Sequence record: SRR22947727_867
DNA length: 43,304 nucleotides
Strand: one strand, 5' to 3'
Shown here: piece by piece, positions 18,590 through 28,448 of the stretch
Position numbering within the stretch: the first letter of the stretch is position 1
Layout: each line of letters starts with the position of its first letter
The notes under the pieces: model-generated
Databases searched by the model: none
The model's input: the letters and a program-made list of their open reading frames with translations, nothing else
Told to the model about the DNA's origin: nothing
Translations under genes and position numbers: made by a program

Positions 18590-20268
18590 GGGGCCGCTGG
18601 AGACAGCGATTGAAGGAATCTGCTCGGTGCCCGCACGCTCTGGTCCGATCGTCCCCGCTCCGCCATCGAGAGATACAGCGCGTGCTGGGCGCGCGTGATG
18701 GCGACATAAAACAACCGTCGCTCTTCCTCGATGGTTTCCTCTGTGGTCGCATACGAAATGGGGAACATCCCCTCTGAAAGACCCACCACAAAGACGACGG
18801 GCCATTCACGTCCCTTCGCCGAGTGAACGGTCGTAATCGTGATTGCCCCCACCTCGGGCGCGTCTCCCGCGCCGGCTCGATCCGCTAACAGGTCAGAGAA
18901 CTCCGCGACTGTGCTCCCCGGAGGCATGGAGCGAGCAAGTGCGCGTAGGGCGGCCAAATCGTCGTGGCGGTTTCGCTCAGCCCCCTGGTGATCGGGGGCC
19001 TCTCCTTGCAACCCCAGCCCAAAGAGAATGTCGTCCACGACCTGGGTGAGGGAACCCGCCACCCCGGCCACAGCAGCGCCGCGGATTTCCATCAGGGCGC
19101 GCTTGACATGGGACTCTTCAAAGAACGGAGTGGACCCGTGAACTCTGACACCCACGCCCTCAGCGCGTAATGCTGACTCAAGCTCTAAGGACTGCGCGCC
19201 AAACCGAATCAGAACCGCAATTCCATCCGGGGGCGTGCCTTGCTCGATCAGACTCTTGATGGTGCGGGCCACATACTGTGCTTCGGCCTGGTCAGTGCGC
19301 GCGATATGGCGATGGATGGGCTCCAGCGAGCCACCCTGGGCTTCGAGTGTGAGAGCACCGGGGCGACACAGCATGACGTGATTCGCCGCCCGAACAATGT
19401 GCTCGCCTGAGCGATAGTTGCGCTCCAACTTCACCACTGTTCCCGATGGGAAACGCTCGGGGAATTCCAGGAGGTAGGAGCTTGAGGCCCCCGCGAAGCT
19501 ATAAATCGTCTGGCTCGCATCACCCACAACCACCAGATCTTCTCGACCCCCAAGCCACACATCGAGGAGCTTTTGTTGGAGTGGGGACACGTCCTGGTAC
19601 TCATCCACCAGAAAGACGCTGTACTGGGCTCGAACCCGCTCCGCTACGCGAGATTCACTCTCCAACATTCCCAGTGTCGCGAGGAGGACGTCCTCAAAGT
19701 CGATCCGGCTTTGTTCGTCTTTGACCTGTTCGTAACGCTCATGAATACTGGCGACGACTTCCAGCGACAAACCTCCGGGGAGGCTCTTGCCCAGAGTCGC
19801 GCGCTTGTCCCGATAGTCATCGAGCGTGTAGGCCTGGACCTTCCGCCACTCAATATCTCCCGCCAAATCACGGATGACGGCCGTGTCCACCGACAGTGAC
19901 AACTGATCCAAAGTCTTGGCAATGAGAGGAGCCTTTGAGGAGGCGATATCGGGCAACCTACCCCCGGTGATGCTCGGCCAAAAATGCTGCAATTGGCGAA
20001 GCGCAGCGGAGTGAAAAGTTCTCGCGGCAACGCCGGAGACACCGAGTGCCCGCAAGCGCTGCCCCATCTCTGAGGCCGCTTTAGTGGTGAAGGTCAACGC
20101 CAGCACCTGCTCTGGCTGGTATTTCCCTTCGGCAACACCGTGGGCTATCCGATGCGTCAGCGCCCTCGTTTTTCCGGTCCCGGCTCCGGCCAACACACAC
20201 AGTGGTCCACCCCATGTGGTGGCGACCACGCGTTGTGCGTCATCCAGACCGGAGAGTGTGTCCACCAC
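18586..20268 (-). CDS. uvrD2: UvrD2-like ATP-dependent DNA helicase (no C-terminal HRDC domain evident)
   Basis: AGAGTGKT, LTFTTKAA, RTFHS, VDEYQD, VGDASQTIYSF, NYRS, TVHSAKGREW, EERRLFYVAITRA and PSRFL motifs; downstream of nudC. Confidence 0.9.
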   Translation of the reverse strand: MVDTLSGLDDAQRVVATTWGGPLCVLAGAGTGKTRALTHRIAHGVAEGKYQPEQVLALTFTTKAASEMGQRLRALGVSGVAARTFHSAALRQLQHFWPSITGGRLPDIASSKAPLIAKTLDQLSLSVDTAVIRDLAGDIEWRKVQAYTLDDYRDKRATLGKSLPGGLSLEVVASIHERYEQVKDEQSRIDFEDVLLATLGMLESESRVAERVRAQYSVFLVDEYQDVSPLQQKLLDVWLGGREDLVVVGDASQTIYSFAGASSSYLLEFPERFPSGTVVKLERNYRSGEHIVRAANHVMLCRPGALTLEAQGGSLEPIHRHIARTDQAEAQYVARTIKSLIEQGTPPDGIAVLIRFGAQSLELESALRAEGVGVRVHGSTPFFEESHVKRALMEIRGAAVAGVAGSLTQVVDDILFGLGLQGEAPDHQGAERNRHDDLAALRALARSMPPGSTVAEFSDLLADRAGAGDAPEVGAITITTVHSAKGREWPVVFVVGLSEGMFPISYATTEETIEEERRLFYVAITRAQHALYLSMAERGRSDQSVRAPSRFLQSLSPAAP

Positions 20269-21206
20269 TAGGAGCCCTCGGGAAGTTCCTGCCCCAGCCA
20301 GCTCTCAATCATGGCGCGCGCGATGGAGGGGCGACCAGGAAGGAGAACCTCGCCGAGTGAGGCAAGGAGCTCTTCACGCGAAAACCAGCGCAGGTCAATG
20401 ATTTCAGTGCCATCGGGTCGAATATCGGCGAGTGATGCTTCGTCGATTTCGGCCCTAAACCCGACCATCAGCGAGGCGGGGAATGGCCACGGCTGTGATC
20501 CCATGTACACAGGGTTGGTCACCACCAAACCGGATTCCTCGAACACCTCCCGGATGACGGCGGCTTCGAGCGATTCACCGGGCTCAACAAACCCTGCCAG
20601 TAGCGAATACCGTCTGGCTTCCCACAGAGCATTGCTGCCCAAGACAATCCGATCGTGCTGGTCAGTTACCAGCGCAATCACAGCAGCATCGGTGCGAGGG
20701 AACAAGTCTTTTCCGGTGGATTGATCGACGCGAGTCCACCCCGCTTGGTCCGACTCGGCTGGGGCTCCGGTGATCGGGGAGAACGTGTGAGCGTGGTGCC
20801 AGTTCGCCATGGCGAGCGCTTCCACCACGATGCCCGAGTCGAGATCGTCCAGCGCATGCGCCATGGTCCGAGCCGACACCCAGCGAGCCATGTCTTTCGA
20901 CACGAGGGGCCCGGTGACATCATCCAGCACGGCAGCAACAATGCGGGTTCCCTCGGGAATGTCACGAACACTCTGCGTCGTCACGCCCAGGTAAATCAGG
21001 AGGGACCCTGCAGGGACCCCTGCAGGCGCAACCAACTCAATGCGCGTGTGAGAGTCCTCCGCAAGGAGAGCCTCTCCCCGCCAAATCAACACCACTCGGG
21101 TGGTGTCCTCCGCCATGATCTGCTCGAGAAAGCCGGGAATTTTCCGCGAAATGGCATCGCGGTTAATGCGAGTGCGCGAGAGCGGCAACTGGGGGGTTAA
21201 CGACAT
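20268..21206 (-). CDS. nudC: NADH pyrophosphatase
   Basis: FPRTDAAVI, Nudix box AGFVEPGESLEAAVIREVFEESG, SQPWPFPASLM. Confidence 0.95.
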   Translation of the reverse strand: MSLTPQLPLSRTRINRDAISRKIPGFLEQIMAEDTTRVVLIWRGEALLAEDSHTRIELVAPAGVPAGSLLIYLGVTTQSVRDIPEGTRIVAAVLDDVTGPLVSKDMARWVSARTMAHALDDLDSGIVVEALAMANWHHAHTFSPITGAPAESDQAGWTRVDQSTGKDLFPRTDAAVIALVTDQHDRIVLGSNALWEARRYSLLAGFVEPGESLEAAVIREVFEESGLVVTNPVYMGSQPWPFPASLMVGFRAEIDEASLADIRPDGTEIIDLRWFSREELLASLGEVLLPGRPSIARAMIESWLGQELPEGS

Positions 21207-21297
21207 CCGCCACTCTCCTTCGTCATGACCTGCCTGTGTGGCAGAAGCTTCGGTGTGGCAGGAGGGCTTGGCAGGTCTTCGCGCTTACCCTGGAGCC

Positions 21298-22248
21298 ATG
21301 GGCCACACTGCTCTCATGCTATCGGCGCTGGCCACCAGCGCTGTCCCCGGTTTCCAAGCTGTGAGCACGCAAACACTCTCGAGCGCGGAGAAAGACGTCG
21401 CACTCGTCCATGACGTCAACCAGGTCGCCTGGTTGGTCGAGCTTCCCACCTCGGCCTCAGCAGAAGTAGCACACGCGGAGACCCTCCGGGCTGTGCGGGC
21501 GCTCAGCGAGGGGCTGCGCTCGAGGCTCTCCTTCCGTGTCCCCCGGCTGGAAGGAACGACGGAAGTCGGCCAGCACACCCTCAGCGTGTGCGAATACCTC
21601 CCCGGACAAGCCCCCTCCGCTCACAAGGTGACGCCCATTCTTGCGGCGTCGATTGGCACTGCTCTCGCGCAGATCCACTCGCTGCCCACCAGTAGCGTCC
21701 AAGATTTTGACCGCCCGGCAGAGAGTGCGATCGACTCCCTGCGGGAGTGCGCAGGAATTGTGGACCGCGCCGCCGCTACCGGGCTTATCCCCCAGGCTCT
21801 GTTGCGCCGATGGGAAACAGCCTGCGAGGACTCAAGCTTGTGGCAGTTTGAACCCACGGTGATTCATGGGCTGATGCAGCTGGGGCACCTCCTGGTGGAG
21901 AACGAGAACGTTGTCGCGGTGGACCAGTGGCGAGATTTCCGGGTGGGCGACCCTGCGAGGGACCTCGCCTGGCTCACCACTCCGGCTGCAAGCGAATTCC
22001 ACATGGCTGTGGTGACCTCCTACCGCAGCGCTCGCACCAGCGCCGATCGTTGGGTCATGCAGCGCGCACGCTTCTACGCTGAACTCGATGTCGCCAAGTG
22101 GCTGCTGCACGGCATGGACTCTCACAACGAGACCATCACCGAGGATGCCACCGCAATGCTCTCAGCACTCCATGACCGAGTATCCGGGGATATGGATCAG
22201 GCTCTCACCCAGCCCATCTCGCAGGCTAAACACCCGCTCGAGAACTAG
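21298..22248 (+). CDS. Aminoglycoside/macrolide phosphotransferase-fold protein, catalytic motif degenerate
   Basis: LAALATSAVPG-like N-terminus, LAQIHSLP, W.FEPTVIHG, GDPARDL. ATG 21298 lies 6 nt after TACCCT. Confidence 0.8.
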   Translation: MGHTALMLSALATSAVPGFQAVSTQTLSSAEKDVALVHDVNQVAWLVELPTSASAEVAHAETLRAVRALSEGLRSRLSFRVPRLEGTTEVGQHTLSVCEYLPGQAPSAHKVTPILAASIGTALAQIHSLPTSSVQDFDRPAESAIDSLRECAGIVDRAAATGLIPQALLRRWETACEDSSLWQFEPTVIHGLMQLGHLLVENENVVAVDQWRDFRVGDPARDLAWLTTPAASEFHMAVVTSYRSARTSADRWVMQRARFYAELDVAKWLLHGMDSHNETITEDATAMLSALHDRVSGDMDQALTQPISQAKHPLEN

Positions 22249-25200
22249 TCACTCCAGAGTGGCCGGAAAATATCCTCGAGTTCGACCAGCGTGGGCAGCA
22301 CCTCAGGGGTCAGCAGTGTTGAATCTCCGGCGTACCAAAAACTTGCAGTGACGCTCTCCTGGGAGACACCGGTCCACTGAGACCACGCCGCCCGGTAGGC
22401 GGCTAACTGGAGCGCCTTTGCCTCGATCTCCCGGGGATCGGAGGGCTTCGCGCCGGTCTTCCAGTCCACGATGTGGGGGCCTGTGTCTCCAGGGAACACC
22501 GCGTCCAGCTTGCACACCACGAGGTGTCCAGCCACGGGAAGGTGTAACTCCTGTTCAATGGCGAGCGGGGTCAGGGTTGCAAACGGCGAGGACTCAAAAG
22601 CATGAATCCACTCCTCCATCCCTAGGGTGTCGCCATCGTCATCGTTCTCCAGCCCACTGAGTGGATGCAGAGGCTTCTGCTCAAAGTGCTCCTCGACATA
22701 GCTATGGAACAGGGTTCCGCGCAGTGCTTGGCGATAGGGCTTCTGCGGGAGAGGCCGGCGAAGTGCGGCTCGTTGTGCGTCGGGATCCAAAAACCACCGC
22801 TCCAGTGAGGACGCGGGAATCCTCCGCGGAATTCTCACCTCGATACCGCTCGAGGATGAGCGGGCTCGATCGAGGCGAGTGATGAGGCCCGAAGCGGCAG
22901 GGGTCAGAGGATCTCCCAGCTCGCCGGCCTGAGCCTCGCGGACGCTCGCAGCTGCCTGTTCGACCATGGCTCGCCTGGACCCCAAGGGGTCAGGGGGCCA
23001 GACCCTCTCTTCGGATGCATCAGCCTCCGGGGGATTCTCATTCTGCGGATGGGTGGGCAGTGCGTCGACAATCCCCGCCTCCTCCAGGTGCTTCAAGAAC
23101 ACCGAAGGAGGACGAGAGGTGGTGTGGTGAGCCCAAAACGACCCACTGAGGAGTACTCGATGCCTCGCCCGCGTGATCGCGACATACATCAGGCGGCGCT
23201 CTTCCGCACCGCGATGCTTTTTGACGTCCTCCACAAACGCTTTCTGAGCGTCCACTAACTCTTTTCGAGTGGTGGCGGTTCGCCAGGAAAACACGGGGAG
23301 CGAGTCCCTATCTCCTCGGAAGTGATACGGAAGTTCCCCCATTCCCAGCCACGCGGACGTCTCCCGGGGTTTGGCGGGAACCTCGTCTTGTACTACTCGG
23401 GGAATCACCACATGGTCCCACTCGAGGCCTTTTGCGCCGTGGATAGTGAGGACCTGAACACACCCGGCCTCGGGTGGCTCCGCCCGAGGGGTGAGGTTGT
23501 CGCGCCTTTCGGCATCCTCCAGCCACTGCACAAAACCCTGCACGCTCGATTCCTCGGCAACGCCCACATAGGTGTGGAGGGCATCGTGGAAGGCTTCTCT
23601 AGCAGCTCGCGAGGTGACCCTGACGGGATTTGCCGCCACCTCAACATCCAGTCCGAGCGTCGACTCGATAGCGCTCACCAGCGAGTCCAGGTCTCCCACC
23701 TGCATCCGCGACAGCGTCGAGAAGGTGTCCCAAGCATCCCGCAGGCGAGCGGGTGCTTCGGCGGAATAGTCCCGCCATTGGGTGTGGTCCTCAGGAGCCT
23801 GAGCCATGAACCGCAGCGCATCAAACAACCCCGGGGCGTCGTGAGCTGACACGGAGTTCTTGAGACGCGCCTGAACATCGTCGGGGAGAGCAACACCGTG
23901 ATAATCCCGGCCCTGAAGCCAGCGGACTGTTCCGGCGAGCGCGTGGAGATCAGCGACACCGACTCGCCACTTGGCTCCGGCAAGCAGCCGAATCAGTTCC
24001 GATTCCGCTGAGGTCTGAGCGATAACTCGGAGAGTGCAGACGATGTCAGCGATTGCTGGGTCATCCAGCAACCCGCCAATCCCCAAGACATGGACGGGAA
24101 CCCCGCGCTGGCTGAGCGCATCAACAAAAACTCCCTGGTGCGCGCGGGCACGCACGATGATGGCAGCACTGGGCGGGGGATTCGACTCACCCAGGCGATC
24201 GGCAAGCCACGAGGCCACCTGCTCGGCCTCCTCCGCCAGTGTTTCGGGATAGACCACCTCCAGCGCATGATCACTGGCCTTGGGTGAGGGTTTCAGGGTC
24301 TCTACTTCGGGTCCGGGGAGTTCTCGAAGGGGTGCAGCAATGGTGTTGGCCGCATCAAGAATGCGGGCTCCATTGCGCCACGAGGTCGACAAGCTGTAGG
24401 TGGCAACGGACTCACCAAAGCCGGTCACAAAGTCAGCCAGGTTGCTACTACTCGCTCCTCGCCAGCCATAAATGGCCTGGTGGGGATCGCCCACCGCCAT
24501 CACCGGGTGCCCGCGAAACAGCTCTGTGAGGAGCGTCGTCTGGGCGACACTGGTGTCCTGGTACTCATCCAAGAGCACCACCTGATGACGAGAGCGCACC
24601 TGCTCGATGGCGTGCGGGAAGCGCTGCACAATCTCGAGCGCTAGAGCAATCTGGTCGGAAAATTCCAGAACTCCGCGCAGGCGCTTCGCTTCTTGAAATT
24701 TCTCGACGAGCGCCATCAGGGTGGTGAGCGAGTCGATCCGCTCTGCCCACTCCTCCACCTGCTTATACGCCCCTGTGCCCCCCGCGGGTAGGTCCACCAC
24801 GGCATGAAACTCCCGGACAAAAGCCTCCATGTCACCCGGCGCGACCCGGTTCTCCTGAAGGCGTGAACCCAGAGTGCGAACAATGCGCACCAAGCTGGGA
24901 ACCGTGATGTCCCACTGGGATAGCTCGGGCAGTGCGCTCGTCGACACAACCCGGGTGGCGAGTGACCATGCACTGGCTTCCGAGAGAACCCTCGCATCAG
25001 GGTCTCGACCGAGCACCACGGCGTGATCTCGATAGAGCGATGCTGCGAAAGAGTTATAGGTGGAAACGCTCGGGGTGTGGAACTCATCTGTAGTGGGGGC
25101 GAGCCCGCGCTCATGCAGTGCGCGAAGGCGGGAGAGAATGCGCGCGGACAGCTCGCCCGCGGCCTTGCGGGTAAAGGTGAGGCCCAGGACCGCATCGGGC

Positions 25201-25379
25201 TCGACATAGTTATTGGCGACGAGCCAGAGCACTCGGAGTGCCATGGTCTCGGTCTTACCCGAGCCTGCGCCGGCAATCACCCGTGCAGCACCCTCGGGGG
25301 GCGCTTCGATGACCGCAATCTGCTCGGCCGTGGGCTCGGGTAGCTCCAATGCCGCAGAAATATCTCTCGCACTATGCAT
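22245..25379 (-). CDS. adnB: AdnB helicase-nuclease subunit
   Basis: AGAGSGKT, LTFTRKAA, LDEYQD, VGDPHQAIYGWRGA, TIHGAKGLEW, EERRLMYVAITRA; C-terminal RecB-like nuclease (LDAVF, VDWKTG, QLAAY). Start overlaps the adnA stop. Confidence 0.9.
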   Translation of the reverse strand: MHSARDISAALELPEPTAEQIAVIEAPPEGAARVIAGAGSGKTETMALRVLWLVANNYVEPDAVLGLTFTRKAAGELSARILSRLRALHERGLAPTTDEFHTPSVSTYNSFAASLYRDHAVVLGRDPDARVLSEASAWSLATRVVSTSALPELSQWDITVPSLVRIVRTLGSRLQENRVAPGDMEAFVREFHAVVDLPAGGTGAYKQVEEWAERIDSLTTLMALVEKFQEAKRLRGVLEFSDQIALALEIVQRFPHAIEQVRSRHQVVLLDEYQDTSVAQTTLLTELFRGHPVMAVGDPHQAIYGWRGASSSNLADFVTGFGESVATYSLSTSWRNGARILDAANTIAAPLRELPGPEVETLKPSPKASDHALEVVYPETLAEEAEQVASWLADRLGESNPPPSAAIIVRARAHQGVFVDALSQRGVPVHVLGIGGLLDDPAIADIVCTLRVIAQTSAESELIRLLAGAKWRVGVADLHALAGTVRWLQGRDYHGVALPDDVQARLKNSVSAHDAPGLFDALRFMAQAPEDHTQWRDYSAEAPARLRDAWDTFSTLSRMQVGDLDSLVSAIESTLGLDVEVAANPVRVTSRAAREAFHDALHTYVGVAEESSVQGFVQWLEDAERRDNLTPRAEPPEAGCVQVLTIHGAKGLEWDHVVIPRVVQDEVPAKPRETSAWLGMGELPYHFRGDRDSLPVFSWRTATTRKELVDAQKAFVEDVKKHRGAEERRLMYVAITRARHRVLLSGSFWAHHTTSRPPSVFLKHLEEAGIVDALPTHPQNENPPEADASEERVWPPDPLGSRRAMVEQAAASVREAQAGELGDPLTPAASGLITRLDRARSSSSGIEVRIPRRIPASSLERWFLDPDAQRAALRRPLPQKPYRQALRGTLFHSYVEEHFEQKPLHPLSGLENDDDGDTLGMEEWIHAFESSPFATLTPLAIEQELHLPVAGHLVVCKLDAVFPGDTGPHIVDWKTGAKPSDPREIEAKALQLAAYRAAWSQWTGVSQESVTASFWYAGDSTLLTPEVLPTLVELEDIFRPLWSD

Positions 25380-28300
25380 CGCCACACACCTCCCCCACAA
25401 AGTGCCAGCGGTGCCTCGACGGTGTGCCGGCCGGTCCAAAACTCAACGGACCCCCGGTGAACTCATGAGACGCCATCAGAGCAGCGGCCTGTTCCACTCG
25501 GGCGAGGAAATCTGCCACACCCTGCTCATCGACCGGTGGCTGGGTAGTCAAGCGATACGCCTTCCCCCGAATACCCTCCTTGACGAAAAGTAGTGACGCC
25601 CCCGCGGAGACGAGATTCTCGGGGAGGACAGCACTGAGATCATCGGAAGTCAGTGCCAGCTGGTACGACAGGAGCTGGGGGTCTTCCACAACTTGGCTTT
25701 CTGTGCGTGACGAGCCGGTCTTGAGGTCGACCACCATGACCTGGCCCTCAGGGGTCATCTCGACTCGATCGATATATCCGGTCATCGTGGCGCGACCATG
25801 GGTGAACTGAAAACGTTGCTCGCTCGCGAGCACCGTCCACCCGTCCTTCTCGTGGTCGCGCAGATACTCGGCAAGCGCCGACACCATCGATTGAGCAAGG
25901 CGGCGCTGATATTGCTCAATCCAGCCCGCGTCATATTCCAGCTCCGCAAAGCGCGCCTCAACATTCGCCCACAACGTCTCGGCGTCGCCCGCGGGGTGTT
26001 CCTCCAGCGCGGAGTGAATCAGGGACCCCAATCCGCGCTGGGGGGTCGGGTCATGCCGCGCAATAGTCCCGAGGAACCACTCCACGGGCGATGACTCGAG
26101 GGTGTCCAGCGCCGAGGGTGAGACCGGAATAGGGCCTTCGGGATAGAGCGGCGCAATCGTCGAGGGTGGGAGCAGTCCCCACCACGTCGAGGGATCAGCG
26201 CCCGGAAGTCCGCGGGCGGCCAACACGGCGAGGTCGTGGGCGAGGGGCTGCGGATTCGCACCCTGTTCCAGCGCTCTCACCAGAGATCGCCGAAGACCCC
26301 CGACCACGGTGGCGCTCGACGAGGCGCCCTCCTCGGAGGATTCCAGCGATGTTGCGTGGCGATCGATCAGCGAAAACAGCGGACTTGGGCCTGACTCTTC
26401 GTCCATGGTGGCGGTGACCACCACGCGCCGGGTGGCCCGGGAGAGGGCAAGAGCGCAGACGCGCAGCTCATCATCCAGAACCGCTCGTCGTTCATCAAGG
26501 ATCGCGTCCGAGAGACCTTGGTGGGCGTAGACCATCTGGTGGGCACCGATTAGCGACTCTCGCGGCCGAAGGTCAGGCCACACCCCCTCCTCAAGCCCCG
26601 CGACAATGACCACCTCGAATTCACGGCCAGCAACTCCCGGTGGTGTGGACACCACCACACAGGGCCATGAGGGTTCAGGAACGAGCACATCATCGGGAAT
26701 CTCGGCACCCACAACGGCATCGAGGAAAAGCTCGGGGTTTGCCCCTGGTTGACTCTCGACAAAGTCAGAGGCCTGCCGGAAAAGTGCCACCACGGCATCC
26801 AGTGCGCGCTCCGCTGAGGGCAGTGGTGTCCCCTGGCTGGCGCCCTCGAGCCAGAATGTGGCGGCAGGTGAGCCATCCCATGCCCTCCAGAGCACATCGG
26901 TGACCGGAGTATCAGCCGGTGCGCGCCTGATGTCATCCAAGACCTCAGCGACTCGAGCTGCCTTTTTCGAGACCGAGCCCGGCAGCAGGGCGAAGCCCCC
27001 TCGGTGTCCTAACGCTTGGGCAATCATCTGGTCAGCGGGTTGATAAGGCTCGCCCGGGTCCGCAGCGACTCGAAGCGCAAAACGCAGTGCGCGAAGCTCT
27101 TGCTGGGTCATTCCTCCATACAGCCCGGTCAGAGCACTCACCGCACTCGAGGCGGTGAGCGGTGTTACTCCTCGACCGAGCGCGACCATGTCCACCAGTG
27201 CCCTCGCGGCAGGCTCCTCCACGAGCGTCATCCCCACCATCGCGGTGCGAGCCGGAATCCCCTGGGCGGAAAGAGACGCGGAGAGTGCGCTCACCCGAGA
27301 TCCACGCCGGGCAATCACCGCAATCTGGTCAAAAGCAACACCGTCCTGGTGGTGCGCATCGAGAATGATGCGCGCGATATCGGAGGCCTCCCGCGCATAA
27401 CTGGGAGCCAGCAGGCTCTCCACCCGACCAGGGTCACCGTGACCAGGGGCTTGTCGCTGAGAACCAGCACCCGCTGTTCCAATGCGCTCCGTGATGAGGC
27501 GAACCACCTGACGGATTTCTGGACCGTGACGGTGAACCTCGGGCAAGACTGTCGGTGGCGTTCCCCAGAGGCCCTGCAGGTGGAGGAGCCCTCGGGGTTC
27601 ACTACCCCGGAAGGTTCCCCCCGACAGGTCGGGCTCCGCCGTCACCGTCACTCCCACGCCAACAGACCGAAGGGCATCGAGAAGCTCGAGGCCAGCGACC
27701 GTGAGATCGTGAGCATCATCAACACCCACGTGAGCAAGGCTCTGGAACGCAGCGGGAAGTCCCTCACGCACGATGGCTTCAGCCCGGCGCAGAGTGTCAG
27801 CACTGGAATAAGCACCGGGTCGCGCACTGGCCAGGACGGTGCGCAGTTCGTCCCGGAACTCTGCCGCCGCTGCCCATTCTGGGCGTGCGTGGAGGGTTGC
27901 CAGTTCGTCAATCCGCTCGCGGGTCAGCGAGTGTTCGCTCGCCCGTGAGAGCCATTCCCTCAGTTCGGTGCGAAAACGGGGCGACGAGCGCGCCATATCC
28001 CCCAAAGGCTCAGGCCAGTGCGGCCCTGAGGCGTCCTCGAGGTGACCCTCGAGAAGGTCTTGGATATCGCCATCGAGCACACGGGCTTTGACCAACTCGG
28101 GAGGAGCGAGCGAGTGTTCTCGGTGATGCTCCTGGACAATGGCAAACGCGAAAGCTTGAAGCGAGCGAGCCCTCGGACCTGCTGTGGTGACCCCGAGGGC
28201 GAGACCCACCTGGTCGCGCACCCGGCTCGCGTGCGCACGGGTGGGAGTCACGATGAGAAGGGCATCCGGAGACACACCCTGGGCGTTGAGGGCTACCAGC

Positions 28301-28401
28301 CGATCCACGAGGAGTGTGGTCTTGCCACTTCCCGGAGCACCCAGGACCAGAGCACACTGCACGGGAGGTGCTCCAAGGAGTGGGTCGGTGTGGGATGCCA
28401 T
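25372..28401 (-). CDS. adnA: AdnA helicase-nuclease subunit
   Basis: GAPGSGKT, degenerate Walker B VDDAHD, EEGVWPDLR; nuclease SPS...GSLIH...GYIDRVE...VDLKTG...QLLSYQ. ATG 28401 lies 7 nt after TAGCCT. Confidence 0.9.
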   Translation of the reverse strand: MASHTDPLLGAPPVQCALVLGAPGSGKTTLLVDRLVALNAQGVSPDALLIVTPTRAHASRVRDQVGLALGVTTAGPRARSLQAFAFAIVQEHHREHSLAPPELVKARVLDGDIQDLLEGHLEDASGPHWPEPLGDMARSSPRFRTELREWLSRASEHSLTRERIDELATLHARPEWAAAAEFRDELRTVLASARPGAYSSADTLRRAEAIVREGLPAAFQSLAHVGVDDAHDLTVAGLELLDALRSVGVGVTVTAEPDLSGGTFRGSEPRGLLHLQGLWGTPPTVLPEVHRHGPEIRQVVRLITERIGTAGAGSQRQAPGHGDPGRVESLLAPSYAREASDIARIILDAHHQDGVAFDQIAVIARRGSRVSALSASLSAQGIPARTAMVGMTLVEEPAARALVDMVALGRGVTPLTASSAVSALTGLYGGMTQQELRALRFALRVAADPGEPYQPADQMIAQALGHRGGFALLPGSVSKKAARVAEVLDDIRRAPADTPVTDVLWRAWDGSPAATFWLEGASQGTPLPSAERALDAVVALFRQASDFVESQPGANPELFLDAVVGAEIPDDVLVPEPSWPCVVVSTPPGVAGREFEVVIVAGLEEGVWPDLRPRESLIGAHQMVYAHQGLSDAILDERRAVLDDELRVCALALSRATRRVVVTATMDEESGPSPLFSLIDRHATSLESSEEGASSSATVVGGLRRSLVRALEQGANPQPLAHDLAVLAARGLPGADPSTWWGLLPPSTIAPLYPEGPIPVSPSALDTLESSPVEWFLGTIARHDPTPQRGLGSLIHSALEEHPAGDAETLWANVEARFAELEYDAGWIEQYQRRLAQSMVSALAEYLRDHEKDGWTVLASEQRFQFTHGRATMTGYIDRVEMTPEGQVMVVDLKTGSSRTESQVVEDPQLLSYQLALTSDDLSAVLPENLVSAGASLLFVKEGIRGKAYRLTTQPPVDEQGVADFLARVEQAAALMASHEFTGGPLSFGPAGTPSRHRWHFVGEVCGDA

Positions 28402-28408
28402 CCCCTGG

Positions 28409-28430
28409 AGGCTAATCCACACAGCTGACG
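28409..28430 (-). promoter_or_regulatory. PafBC-type (RecA-independent DNA-damage) promoter of adnAB
   Basis: CGTCAG-N10-TAGCCT matches the mycobacterial TGTC(A/G)G-N10-TANNNT consensus with one mismatch; adnAB is a known PafBC target in mycobacteria. Confidence 0.6.
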
Positions 28431-28448
28431 TGTCGTACGCTAGACACC

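Noticed and set aside
21001-21027. GGGACCC(C)TGCA tandem repeat with palindromes inside nudC
   Set aside because: Short, in-frame coding sequence in a variable region; plausible by chance or local duplication.
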